Origin: an uncultured Pelagibacteraceae bacterium | Lineage (GTDB): Bacteria > Pseudomonadota > Alphaproteobacteria > Pelagibacterales > Pelagibacteraceae | Assembly: GCA_902558815.1 (NCBI GenBank) | Contig: CACEFF010000004.1 | Location: 25,798 to 89,797, forward strand | Length of the DNA: 64,000 nucleotides | Reading direction: 5' to 3' | Part shown: one piece after another, positions 9,882 to 19,871 of the stretch | Position numbering within the stretch: position 1 is the stretch's first letter | Layout: every line of letters begins with the position of its first letter | Notes under the pieces: generated by a model | Databases searched by the model: none | What the model was told of the DNA's origin: nothing | Seen by the model: only the letters and a program-made list of their open reading frames with translations | Translations under genes and position numbers: made by a program

Positions 9882-11609
9882 ATGGAAATTTATAAAGACC
9901 TATCAAATCAAGAGTCAAAAGAATTTGAAAAACTACTTAATAGTCAACTTTCAAAAATAAATATCGAAGAAGGTAAAATAATTGAAGGAAAGATAAATAA
10001 GATCACAGAAAAATTTGTTTTTTTATTTGTTGAGGGCCTTAAAAGTGAGCCAGTACTAGATATTAATGAATTAAAAAGTATGGGTCTTACAGATAAAATT
10101 AAAATCGGTGAAAAAATTTCAGTTCTTCTAGAAAAAATTGAGGATAAAAATGGAGAAGTTTTAGTTTCTGCTAGTAAAGCACAAAAAATTAAAGGTTGGG
10201 ATAAACTAGTTGAGGCATATGAAAAAAATGAGCCTATCATGGGTAAAATTACTTCAAAGTGTAAAGGTGGCTGCATCGTAGAACACATAGATACTGGCTC
10301 TTTAATGTTTTTACCTGGTTCTCAAATAAGTGATAAACCTTTAAAAGATATAAGTCACTTAATGAATGAGCCTCAAAAATTTGCTCTTATAAAATTAGAT
10401 AAAATAAGAGGTAATGCATGTGTCTCTAGAAGGGAAATCATTTCTTCTTTTAAAAAAGAGGATAAAGCAAAAATTATTGAGAGATTTAAAGTTGGTGACA
10501 TCATTAAAGGTGCCGAAGTAAAAGGATACAGTAGTTTTGGTTGTTTTTTTAATGTGAATAATGAACTTGATGTTTTAGTGCACTTGCAAGAAATTTCTTA
10601 TTCAAGAGTAAATCATCCTGACGAAGTCTTTAATATTGGTGAAAAGCACGATTTAAAAGTTATTTCTGTAGATAAAGAAAAATTACAGGTTGGATGCTCA
10701 GTTAAACAATTATCTCCAGATCCTTTTGAGCACATTGAAAATTATGAGTTAGGCAAAAATTATAAAGCAAAAGTAGTAAAGATTATGGACTTTGGTGCAT
10801 TTTGTGAATTAGAACCTGGTCTTACTACATTACTTCATACAAGCGAACTCAGTTGGAGTAAAAAGAATATTTCTGCAAAAAAAATGTTTAGAGTTGGAGA
10901 TGAAATAGATTGTGTAATTACGGAAATAGATAAAGAGAAAAGAAGAGTTGCAATTTCACACAGGCTCACAAAAGAAAATCCTTTTGTAGTTTTTGAAAAA
11001 AAATATCCAGTTGGAACAATTGTTGAGGGTGAGGTAGTAAATAAAAATGAGTATTCTTTGTTTGTTAAAGTTCAAGAATTAGATATTGATGCTTTTTTAC
11101 ATTGTAATGACTTGACTTATCTAAATAATGGAGAAGATGAATTAGCAAAATACAAAAAAGGTGACAAATTAAAAGTTAAAGTCTTAGAGATTAAATCATC
11201 TGATCAAAAAATTAGAGTTGGGCTTAGACAAACAAAACCAGATCCATTTGATTGGTTTAAAGATAAAAAAGTTAATCAAACAATTACAGTCAAAATTATA
11301 TCAACAGATAATAAAGGATTAATTGTCAGACCAGAGGGATGTGAAATTGATCTAAATATTAAAAAATCTCAAATTGCTATAAATGCAGCAGATGCTCGAC
11401 CCTCTAGATTTACTGGAGGAGAAAGAATTGATTGTGCTATTTCAGAATTAGATTTTGAAAAAAGAAAGGTGACTTTAAGTATCAAACTTCTAGAAGAAAT
11501 TGAAAAAAAAGAGGCTTTAGAGAAGTATGGTGCTGAAGGATCAGGAAAAAATCTACCTTTTTCATCATTGTCTGAGGATTTAAAGAAAAAAGACAAGAAA
11601 AAAAAATAA
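9882..11609 (+). CDS. rpsA: 30S ribosomal protein S1
   Basis: Tandem S1 repeats (FLPGSQI, FGAFCEL..G...LLH.SE). Confidence 0.95.
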   Translation: MEIYKDLSNQESKEFEKLLNSQLSKINIEEGKIIEGKINKITEKFVFLFVEGLKSEPVLDINELKSMGLTDKIKIGEKISVLLEKIEDKNGEVLVSASKAQKIKGWDKLVEAYEKNEPIMGKITSKCKGGCIVEHIDTGSLMFLPGSQISDKPLKDISHLMNEPQKFALIKLDKIRGNACVSRREIISSFKKEDKAKIIERFKVGDIIKGAEVKGYSSFGCFFNVNNELDVLVHLQEISYSRVNHPDEVFNIGEKHDLKVISVDKEKLQVGCSVKQLSPDPFEHIENYELGKNYKAKVVKIMDFGAFCELEPGLTTLLHTSELSWSKKNISAKKMFRVGDEIDCVITEIDKEKRRVAISHRLTKENPFVVFEKKYPVGTIVEGEVVNKNEYSLFVKVQELDIDAFLHCNDLTYLNNGEDELAKYKKGDKLKVKVLEIKSSDQKIRVGLRQTKPDPFDWFKDKKVNQTITVKIISTDNKGLIVRPEGCEIDLNIKKSQIAINAADARPSRFTGGERIDCAISELDFEKRKVTLSIKLLEEIEKKEALEKYGAEGSGKNLPFSSLSEDLKKKDKKKK

Positions 11610-11624
11610 AAAAGAAGACTTAAA

Positions 11625-11915
11625 TTGGCTATAGTTAAATCAAGGCTTATAAAAGAATTAAAAAAATCATTTCCTAATTTTCTTTCTAAAGATCTAGAAA
11701 AACTCATTTTAGTTATTCTTAATGAAATAAAAAGTACCTTAAAAAGGGGTGAAAGAGTTGAATTAAGAGGATTCGGAGTATTTTCAACTCGTCTTCAGAA
11801 AGAGTCTATAAGAAGAAATCCTAAAACTGGTGAAAAAGTGATGGTGAAGCAAAAAAAAATAATACATTGGAAAATGTCTAAAGAATTATTTAAAAAACTT
11901 AATAATGATAAATAA
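11625..11915 (+). CDS. ihfB: Integration host factor beta subunit
   Basis: GERVELRGFGVF, RNPKTGE; follows rpsA; TTG start. Confidence 0.88.
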   Translation: MAIVKSRLIKELKKSFPNFLSKDLEKLILVILNEIKSTLKRGERVELRGFGVFSTRLQKESIRRNPKTGEKVMVKQKKIIHWKMSKELFKKLNNDK

Positions 11916-12579
11916 AAAAATCTTTATTGCTTGTGACAGTACAAATATTTCAAAGATTAAAGAAATAATTAAAAAAACTCAAAAATTAAAAATTAAGATT
12001 GGATATAAATTTGGTTTAGAGTTTTTAAATTCTAAAAATGGAAGAATTTTCCTATCAAAATTGAAAAGGAAAATTATTTTTGCTGATCTTAAACTTCACG
12101 ATATACCAAACACTTGTGTGTCTACAATTAAAGCAATAAAAGATTTGAAAGTGAATTACCTTACTATACATATTAGTTCTGGATTAGAAGCTTTAAAAGC
12201 TTGCAAAAAAATTTCAGGAAAAACCAAATTAATTGGTGTTACTGTTCTTACTTCACTTGATAATAATGCGCTAAAAAAAATTGGATTTAATAAAAGTGTT
12301 AAAAAATTAGTTTTGCATCAAGCCAAAATAGCTAATGAAGCAAAATTAGATGCTATTGTCTGTAGTGCTCAAGAAGTTCCTTTTATCAAAAAAGTTTTTA
12401 AAAAAGAAATAATCACACCTGGAATTAGATTTGATAACAAAAATAATGATCAAAAAAGAGTTCTAACACCTAAGCAAGCTTTTCAAAATGGAAGTGATTG
12501 GTTAGTTATTGGAAGACCAATAACTAAAGGAAACATTAAAAAGAATGTACAAAAATTAGTTAATCACTTGTCTCAATGA
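11905..12579 (+). CDS. pyrF: Orotidine-5'-phosphate decarboxylase
   Basis: DLKLHDIPNT, VTVLTS, TPGIR, VIGRPI. Confidence 0.96.
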   Translation: MINKKIFIACDSTNISKIKEIIKKTQKLKIKIGYKFGLEFLNSKNGRIFLSKLKRKIIFADLKLHDIPNTCVSTIKAIKDLKVNYLTIHISSGLEALKACKKISGKTKLIGVTVLTSLDNNALKKIGFNKSVKKLVLHQAKIANEAKLDAIVCSAQEVPFIKKVFKKEIITPGIRFDNKNNDQKRVLTPKQAFQNGSDWLVIGRPITKGNIKKNVQKLVNHLSQ

Positions 12580-13196
12580 TAAAAGGATGCAAAATTTGTG
12601 GGGTATCAGATTCTACAACATTAAAATATATTATAAACCACCCTTACCCTCCTCAATTTATTGGCTTTATTTGTAATTACAAAAAAAGCCCTAGATATTT
12701 AGAGATTAACAAATTAAAAAAATTAATAACTGTTAATAAAAAAAAAACTAAATTTGTAGCTGTGCTTGTGAAACCAGATAATGAAATTTTAGAGAAAATT
12801 AAAAGTTTGAAATTTGATTATTATCAGCTTTACGATTGTAGTCCAATTGAAACTCAATCAATCAAAAAAAAATATGATAAAAAAATTATAAGTGCTTTTA
12901 CAGTTGAAAGTACTAAGGATATTGAAAGATCTAAATTATATAAAGATGTTACTGATATTTATCTATTTGATAGCAAAGGATATGAAAAAAGTATGTCATT
13001 TAAACATTCTTTAATTGAAAATATTGAATTTGATAAAAAGATTATGTTAGCAGGCAACATACAAATTAATGATAATCTTAAAAATTATTATAAAATAGCC
13101 GATATAATTGATATATCTGGGGGACTTGAAACATCTGGACTAAAAGATATTTCCAAAATAGAATTTTTTTTAAATAAAGTAAAAGATGAAACTTAA
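12576..13196 (+). CDS. trpF: Phosphoribosylanthranilate isomerase
   Basis: KICG, IGFI..KSPRY, LAG, DISGGLE; context. Confidence 0.9.
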   Translation: MIKGCKICGVSDSTTLKYIINHPYPPQFIGFICNYKKSPRYLEINKLKKLITVNKKKTKFVAVLVKPDNEILEKIKSLKFDYYQLYDCSPIETQSIKKKYDKKIISAFTVESTKDIERSKLYKDVTDIYLFDSKGYEKSMSFKHSLIENIEFDKKIMLAGNIQINDNLKNYYKIADIIDISGGLETSGLKDISKIEFFLNKVKDET

Positions 13197-14415
13197 AAAA
13201 AAAATTGCTTTAATCGACCAGCATAATAAATTTGGATTTTGGGGTGGTAAATTTGGAGGAAGTTTTATTCCAGAAACTTTAAAAAAACCTGTTGAAGATT
13301 TAACTAAAAAGTTCCAAAAACTAAGGAAAGATAAAAAATTTTTAAAAAAGAGAGACTTTTATTTTAAAAATTATGTTGGTTCTCCAACTTCATTTATAAA
13401 GCTAGAAAAATTAACAGATCATTTAAATGGTGCACAAATCTGGGCAAAAGTAGTTTCTGAAGCTAATGGTGGTGCACATAAAATTTACAATGCTACTGTT
13501 CATGCATTAATTTGTAAATCAATGGGTAAAAAATACATTGTTGGAGACACTGGTGCAGGATATGCAGGTAAAATGCTGAGTATGGCAGCAAAAAAATTTG
13601 GTCTGAAATGTAAAATTTTTATGGGCGCAAAAGATATAAAAAGACAAAAACCTAATTGTGACGCTATGAGAAAAAATGGGGCGGAGATTATCCCCGTTTA
13701 TTCAGGAAGCCAAACTTTAGTTGATGCAGTTAGTGAATGTATGAGATATTGGGTTTCAAACTGTGATAATACGCATATGTGTGTTGGTTCAACAGTCGGG
13801 CCTAATATCTTTGTAAAAATTTGTGGTTGGAGCACAGCACAAATTTCAAGGGAATTAAAGATTCAAATAAAAGATGAGTTTAAAAAAATTCCAAAAAAAA
13901 TAAAATTAATAAATTGTGTTGGTGGTGGTAGTTCAGCTTATGGATTTTGGAGCAATTTTATTGATTATGATAAAAAACAAGTTGAACTTATTGGGGTAGA
14001 AGCTGGTGGACCAGAGAATTCAAAATTGCATGCAGCACCATTAAGTAGAAATGCAAAAATTGGAATTTTACATGGTGCGGCTTCATATGTTTGTCAAAAT
14101 AAAGATGGTCAAATTGAAGAAACAGAGTCTATCAGTGCTGGCTTAGATTATCCTGGAGTTAGTCCTATTCATTGTTTTTTAAAAGACACTAGAAGAGCAA
14201 GATACACTTACGCAACAGATGAAGAGGCCTTAAATGCCTATAAAATGGTCACTCATTTTGAAAATCTTAACCCAAGTTTAGAACCAAGTCATGCTTTTGC
14301 TGAAGCAATAAAAATTGCTCCAAAATTAAATAAGGAAACAATCATTATTGTTAACTCGTGTGGAGATGCAAAAAAAGATAGGGATATTATAAAACAAAAA
14401 CTAGGAAAATATTAA
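13186..14415 (+). CDS. trpB: Tryptophan synthase beta chain (divergent)
   Basis: FGGSFIPETL, GAHKI PLP lysine, CVGGGS, SISAGLDYPG; lies between trpF and trpA. Confidence 0.92.
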   Translation: MKLKKKIALIDQHNKFGFWGGKFGGSFIPETLKKPVEDLTKKFQKLRKDKKFLKKRDFYFKNYVGSPTSFIKLEKLTDHLNGAQIWAKVVSEANGGAHKIYNATVHALICKSMGKKYIVGDTGAGYAGKMLSMAAKKFGLKCKIFMGAKDIKRQKPNCDAMRKNGAEIIPVYSGSQTLVDAVSECMRYWVSNCDNTHMCVGSTVGPNIFVKICGWSTAQISRELKIQIKDEFKKIPKKIKLINCVGGGSSAYGFWSNFIDYDKKQVELIGVEAGGPENSKLHAAPLSRNAKIGILHGAASYVCQNKDGQIEETESISAGLDYPGVSPIHCFLKDTRRARYTYATDEEALNAYKMVTHFENLNPSLEPSHAFAEAIKIAPKLNKETIIIVNSCGDAKKDRDIIKQKLGKY

Positions 14416-15218
14416 TGAGCAACTCTTTAATCAACATCTCATTTAAAAACGCTAAAAAAGAAAATAGACCTGCTTTACTCACTTACACTGTGGCTGGTGA
14501 TAATACCAAAAAAAAATCTTTAGAAATCCTGAAATCAATTTCAGAATATGCTGATATTTGTGAATTAGGATTCCCTCACAATACGCCCATTGCAGATGGT
14601 GGTCAAATACAAACTAGTGCTTATCGAGCTATCAAAAATGGTATCCAAATTAATGACGTTTTTTCGATTGTTAAAAGTTTCAAAAAAACTAAAAAAAATA
14701 AACCAATTATTTTAATGGGTTATTATAATATGATTTATCAATTTAATGAAAATAAATTTATTAAGAAATGTAAAGAATCTAAGGTTGATGGATTAATTGT
14801 AGTTGATTTACCTTATCCAGAAAACAAAATTTTTGCATCTAAATGTAAAAAAAAAAAAATAAATTTTATACAGCTTATTTCACCAACAACCTCAAAAAAA
14901 AGACGTAATCAAATTATAAAAGACTCACATGATATGATATATTACATTAGTATGCTATCAACTACGGGTGGCAAGTTAAAAGTTTCTCCAAAAAAAATTT
15001 TGCAAGAATACACAAAAATAAAAAAACAAAACAAATTGAAAAATATTGTTATTGGTTTTGGTATTACAGAAAAAACAATAAAATCATTAAAAAAAGCTGA
15101 CGGATTAGTGGTCGGGAGTGCAATTTGTAAGGAAATAACCAATTCTATAAAAAAAAGACAAAATACTGTCACAAATGTTACTAATGTAGTTAAAAGATTG
15201 AAAAACAAAATTAAATGA
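14415..15218 (+). CDS. trpA: Tryptophan synthase alpha chain
   Basis: ELGFP..PIADG..IQ, LMGYYN, VDLP, GFGI, VVGSA. Confidence 0.95.
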   Translation: MSNSLINISFKNAKKENRPALLTYTVAGDNTKKKSLEILKSISEYADICELGFPHNTPIADGGQIQTSAYRAIKNGIQINDVFSIVKSFKKTKKNKPIILMGYYNMIYQFNENKFIKKCKESKVDGLIVVDLPYPENKIFASKCKKKKINFIQLISPTTSKKRRNQIIKDSHDMIYYISMLSTTGGKLKVSPKKILQEYTKIKKQNKLKNIVIGFGITEKTIKSLKKADGLVVGSAICKEITNSIKKRQNTVTNVTNVVKRLKNKIK

Positions 15219-16144
15219 ACTGGATTACAAAAATAATTAAAGCGGGTGAGAAAATAAAATCTGCTATTCACAAAAGAGCTACAAAAGAGGATATTGAAAA
15301 CAGTGATTGGACTTCGTGTTGTAGAGGACCAATTTTAAAAAAAGAATTAGAGGAAAATCTTTGGGTCTGTCCTGATTGTAATAAGCATCACAGAATTAGT
15401 CCTAAAAAGAGGTTTGATATTTTATTTGGAAAAAATAACTATGAAATATTCAAAACTCCTATTCCAAAAGATGATCCTTTAAATTGGACAGACTCAAAAT
15501 CCTACAAAGACAGATTAAGAAGTGCTAGAAAAAAAACTGGTATGAATTGTGGAATGATGGTTGTTAGTGGATCAATTAATAATATCAAAATTACCGCAGT
15601 GGCATCTGATTTTAATTTCTTAGGCGCCTCAATGGCAGCTGCAGAAGGTGAGGCATTTTTATATGGCATTCAGTACGCTATAGAAAATCAAACTCCATTT
15701 TTATGTGTGAGTGCTGGAGGAGGAATGAGAATGATGGAAAGTTTAATTTCATTATCTCAAATGACAAGAACAACTTTAGGCATTAATGAGCTTAAAAAAA
15801 ATAATCTTCCATATTTAGTTTGTATTACAGATCCAACAGCAGGAGGAATTACCGCATCATACGCAATGCTAGGTGATATCCACATCGCCGAACCTGGGGC
15901 TTTAATTGCATTTGCTGGTTCTAGAGTTATTCAGGGAACTGTAAAAGAAGAGTTACCAGAAGGATTTCAAAAAAGTGAATATGTTGAAAAGACTGGCTTT
16001 GTTGATTTAATAGTTGAAAGAAAAGAACTTTCTGAAAAAATTGGAACTTTATTGTCAATATTGTTAAAGAAAAATTCTGTTATAAGCACTGAAGAAAATG
16101 AAACTACAAAAAATACTCAGTCGCTTTCTAAGGTTGCATCCTAA
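15215..16144 (+). CDS. accD: Acetyl-CoA carboxylase carboxyltransferase beta subunit
   Basis: MNWIT start, FLGASM, GGMRMME, PTAGG..AS, FAGSRVI, LPEGFQ. Confidence 0.95.
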   Translation: MNWITKIIKAGEKIKSAIHKRATKEDIENSDWTSCCRGPILKKELEENLWVCPDCNKHHRISPKKRFDILFGKNNYEIFKTPIPKDDPLNWTDSKSYKDRLRSARKKTGMNCGMMVVSGSINNIKITAVASDFNFLGASMAAAEGEAFLYGIQYAIENQTPFLCVSAGGGMRMMESLISLSQMTRTTLGINELKKNNLPYLVCITDPTAGGITASYAMLGDIHIAEPGALIAFAGSRVIQGTVKEELPEGFQKSEYVEKTGFVDLIVERKELSEKIGTLLSILLKKNSVISTEENETTKNTQSLSKVAS

Positions 16145-17360
16145 AGAAATTGATCTAAGCCTAGATCGAATTTTAAATCTTTGTGATAAACTTGGAAATC
16201 CACAGAACAAAACTAAAGTTATAAATGTGGTGGGTACAAATGGAAAAAATTCAACCATTCAAGCATGTTATTCAATCTTAAAAGAGGCAAATATTAAATG
16301 CAATGTTTATACTAGCCCTCACTTACAAAAGGTAAATGAAAGGTTTGTATTTGACAATCAGGAATTGAAAGATGACGAACTATCGGATCTTTTTGAAGAA
16401 GTAGAAAAAGTTAATAATAACCAACCAATTACTTTTTTTGAAATTCTTACAGCATGTTACTTTTATAAAGCTGCTCAATATCCAGAGAATATTAACTTAG
16501 TTGAGTCTGGATTATTTTTTAGATTTGATGCCACTAATATACTAAAGAAAAATTTAGCAACTATCATAACATCAATAAGCAAAGATCATTTGGATTGGCT
16601 CCCTAAAAATGACCAAACTATTCAGAAAATTGTGTTTGAAAAAACCTCAAATCTTTTGAATTCAAATATTATAGTGGCGAAACAAAATCAAAATACGATG
16701 AACTATATCAAAAAAAATATTTCTAAAAATCAATCTAATAAAATTTTCTTTAATGAAGACTTTTCTTTTACAAATGGAGAAAATGGTTATTTTTATTATG
16801 AAGATAAACTTGGGGGATTAAAATTACCGGAACCAAATGTTCTTGGTCTGCATCAATTAGAGAATATTTCAACTGCGATAGTAACTTTAAGAATGTTAAA
16901 CTTTAACATAAAAGATGAAAATATTAAAATAGGTATCCAAAAAATTAACAATATTGCAAGACTTCAAGAGATTGCTGCTGGAAAATTAAAGAATTTAGTT
17001 AAGGATAATCTATTTTTAATATCAGGAGATCATAATGAAGATGGTGCAAGGGTATTAAATGATTACCTCCAAAGTTTAGATTGCAATAAACATTTAATAG
17101 TTGGCATGATGGCCAATAAAAACCATGAAGGTTATATTAGATATCTTAAAAATATTTCGTCAATCACTACTGTTGATATCCCAAATCAACCAAATGCTAT
17201 TAGCGGTAAAAAATTAAAAGATAAATTTAAAAATTTACCAAATGTTAAATATGCAGAAAGTGTTGAGAAGGCTATAAAATCTATAGAGTTAAATCGAGGC
17301 GATTTATTATTAATTACTGGATCACTTTATTTATGTTCAGAAGTTTTAAACTTAAATTAG
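16098..17360 (+). CDS. folC: Folylpolyglutamate / dihydrofolate synthase
   Basis: VGTNGK, YTSPHL, TFFE, DATN, GSLYL; follows accD. Confidence 0.92.
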   Translation: MKLQKILSRFLRLHPKEIDLSLDRILNLCDKLGNPQNKTKVINVVGTNGKNSTIQACYSILKEANIKCNVYTSPHLQKVNERFVFDNQELKDDELSDLFEEVEKVNNNQPITFFEILTACYFYKAAQYPENINLVESGLFFRFDATNILKKNLATIITSISKDHLDWLPKNDQTIQKIVFEKTSNLLNSNIIVAKQNQNTMNYIKKNISKNQSNKIFFNEDFSFTNGENGYFYYEDKLGGLKLPEPNVLGLHQLENISTAIVTLRMLNFNIKDENIKIGIQKINNIARLQEIAAGKLKNLVKDNLFLISGDHNEDGARVLNDYLQSLDCNKHLIVGMMANKNHEGYIRYLKNISSITTVDIPNQPNAISGKKLKDKFKNLPNVKYAESVEKAIKSIELNRGDLLLITGSLYLCSEVLNLN

Positions 17361-17674
17361 ATATTTTTTTCTAAAAATTCTTTCATGTGGCTTTCTGGAA
17401 CTCCACCAACTTTTCTGTCCACTTCTACACCTTTTTTATAAATTATAACTGTAGGCACACCTCTTATTCCTGCGGTGCTTCCTGTATTTATCCCACCATC
17501 TTCAATATCTGCATAATAAAATCCTGCTTTATCTTTATACTCCACAGCTAACTTGTCCATGACTGGCTTTAAGGCTTTGCATGGTCCACACCAAGCAGCA
17601 CTAAATTGAATAACTGACACATCTTCATTTTTAACTTTGTTATCAAAGTCTTCGTCTTTAAAATCTATAAGCAT
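17357..17674 (-). CDS. trxA: Thioredoxin
   Basis: WCGPC active site, IRGVPT. Confidence 0.93.
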   Translation of the reverse strand: MLIDFKDEDFDNKVKNEDVSVIQFSAAWCGPCKALKPVMDKLAVEYKDKAGFYYADIEDGGINTGSTAGIRGVPTVIIYKKGVEVDRKVGGVPESHMKEFLEKNI

Positions 17675-17708
17675 AATCTCTTTCTATTAATAAGTGCCCT
17701 AAAGTCAA

Positions 17709-19145
17709 CTAGGTAATTTCATATTTTTTTTCAATAGACATAATAAATTCGTTAATTTCATCTAATTTTTTAAGTTCTTCTTCATCATCTTTATTATCTG
17801 CTTGATCTCGTAATACATCAATTTCGTTATAAGCCATCCCTATTGTTTGCCATTTTTCTTTATTTTTACTTAAAATTCTTCTCGCAATTTCACTTTTAAT
17901 ATTTTTATATAAATCCAGTGGTAAAATTTGTGGTGCTTCTTGATAAATAATTTTTTGTCCAAACCAGCTACATCTTTTATCTTGAAATTTATCTAGCATT
18001 CTTAATTTATCTTCCCAGGAAGAGCTGTGCCATATCTTAAATAAAGCTGTATCTTTGTTTGGAATGAACTTTTCGTATAAAGTTTCTTCTGGCAACAAAT
18101 CTTCTTGGGTTTTGGTTTGTGCTTTTTCCTCTGCTGCTTCTCTATTAATAATTTGAATATTTTGACAAAATTTTTCGCTACTTCTTACTAGTTCTGCCCT
18201 TTTTTTAATTATTTCTAAATCAAGATCAGAATAAGCCTTTTCTTTTAATGCAAACTTTTTATCCAAAACTATTGGAGCTTTATTAGTTTTGATCACTCGA
18301 AGGGCTTTAGGACTAATCTTTTTTAAATTTGCTTTAAGCTCATTTACTGACATATTTAAAAACGGCTCTGGATCTCTTCTTAAATCCCATAAATACCCCC
18401 AAGATGCATAAGAAGGATGAAAACAATAAGTTGGATGTAATGTGCAAACTAAATACATCATATTTCTCCCTTTAACATTTTCAAAAATTGAATATATGCC
18501 TTCGCTTTTTAAAATGGACTCCACACTGCTCTTTGTTGAAGTGCGTAAAAATTTTTCCCAATTTGTTTTATGTTTGTCTTTTATAATTCTTAAAATTTTT
18601 AAGGAATTCTGTGCATCCACATAGGCAGTGTGGGCTGCTGAAGTATCAAAACCTTGTTGTCGAGCCAAGCCCTCTAAGGCTAAACTCTCATTCCCAGCTT
18701 CTGTTAATTCTGTTTTTAATGTTTTAGAATCTATAGTTTGAGCAGCTCTTGCTACATGTAAGCCATCATGTTCCTGATTTGGTGAGGAGTGAGTTATATA
18801 AGGATATCTGTTTCCCTTAAAAAAATTAAAATGAAACATCCGTCTATCAAAATTTAAATTACTCCAGCCCATAAACATAGCAGGAGCAGCTTTGACAAAG
18901 AAATTTTCAACAGCACCTAAAAATTCATAATGCGAGTAATTACCTTTAGTAAGTAAATCAATACTTGTAGAATTAACTAATAGGGCTTTAGCAGAAGGAA
19001 CTTCTCCTTCTGGCATTCTGCCTCTGATATTTAATTTTCCAATCTCTTTAAGATTTTTATCAACTACTACCGCTCCAACTTCAATAATTGATCCCCAAAT
19101 AGTACTGTTAGTTGTTTCTGTATCGTAAATTACTATTTTTTCCAT
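17709..19145 (-). CDS. sbcB: Exodeoxyribonuclease I (DEDDh 3'-5' ssDNA exonuclease)
   Basis: YDTETT (ExoI), GWSNLNFD (ExoII), AHTAYVD (ExoIII), NKAP, EETLY..FI; 478 aa. Confidence 0.88.
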   Translation of the reverse strand: MEKIVIYDTETTNSTIWGSIIEVGAVVVDKNLKEIGKLNIRGRMPEGEVPSAKALLVNSTSIDLLTKGNYSHYEFLGAVENFFVKAAPAMFMGWSNLNFDRRMFHFNFFKGNRYPYITHSSPNQEHDGLHVARAAQTIDSKTLKTELTEAGNESLALEGLARQQGFDTSAAHTAYVDAQNSLKILRIIKDKHKTNWEKFLRTSTKSSVESILKSEGIYSIFENVKGRNMMYLVCTLHPTYCFHPSYASWGYLWDLRRDPEPFLNMSVNELKANLKKISPKALRVIKTNKAPIVLDKKFALKEKAYSDLDLEIIKKRAELVRSSEKFCQNIQIINREAAEEKAQTKTQEDLLPEETLYEKFIPNKDTALFKIWHSSSWEDKLRMLDKFQDKRCSWFGQKIIYQEAPQILPLDLYKNIKSEIARRILSKNKEKWQTIGMAYNEIDVLRDQADNKDDEEELKKLDEINEFIMSIEKKYEIT

Positions 19146-19147
19146 AT

Positions 19148-19834
19148 CTAAATTAAATTTGAAAGTTCATTAAATTTTTTTAATCTTCCTAGGAATAAAT
19201 TTTGGTAAGTAATTAATTCTGAACCTTGAATCTTAAATTCTTGAAATAGATTATCTACTGTACAAACAAGAATTACACAAGATGTGATGTTTGTATTATA
19301 CACAATATTATGAGCTAAAGAATATGCACTTGTTTGTAAAAACCAAGAGTCTATATACTCAGCTTTTTTTGGTTTATTACTTTGTTTAAAATCAATTATT
19401 GTTTGTTTATCTTCATAAACTCCAACACAGTCAGCAGTTCCTGCATATTTTTCTGGATAGTAAAGTGTGCATTCAACTCCCCATATTTCCTCTAACCTAT
19501 TTTTTAAACCTTTATCAATAATTTCTTTAGCCATAGACTTGTGTTGTTCTCCATCTTCAAAAAAACTTAAATTTTCTCTTCCTAAAAGAAAAGACTCTAA
19601 ATAATTATGCATTTTTGAGCCTCGACTACTTGCAGCTTTTGTAATTGCTTCAGCTTCTTTTTGACCAGTTCTTTCGCGCCAATTGGCTAAAGCTGCTTTT
19701 TCTTCCTCAGATTTAGTTGCATCTAAAATTGAAGTAACACTTGGTAGTTTTGACTCTCCTAGTACATATCTTCTAATTCCATCTTTTGTTGCTCTTGATG
19801 ATGAAGGATAATCATATTTCTTATTCCATTGCAT
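19148..19834 (-). CDS. PD-(D/E)XK exonuclease, MGME1/phage exonuclease-like
   Basis: LPSVTSIL, NWRERTG..EA, RGSKMH, E..LY, YAGTADC, IIDFKQS, LQ..AY. Start moved to the ATG of MQWNKKY at 19834. Confidence 0.82.
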   Translation of the reverse strand: MQWNKKYDYPSSSRATKDGIRRYVLGESKLPSVTSILDATKSEEEKAALANWRERTGQKEAEAITKAASSRGSKMHNYLESFLLGRENLSFFEDGEQHKSMAKEIIDKGLKNRLEEIWGVECTLYYPEKYAGTADCVGVYEDKQTIIDFKQSNKPKKAEYIDSWFLQTSAYSLAHNIVYNTNITSCVILVCTVDNLFQEFKIQGSELITYQNLFLGRLKKFNELSNLI

Positions 19835-19871
19835 GAAGTTTCTTATAATCGTTAATGAAGGAAAAAAGAAA

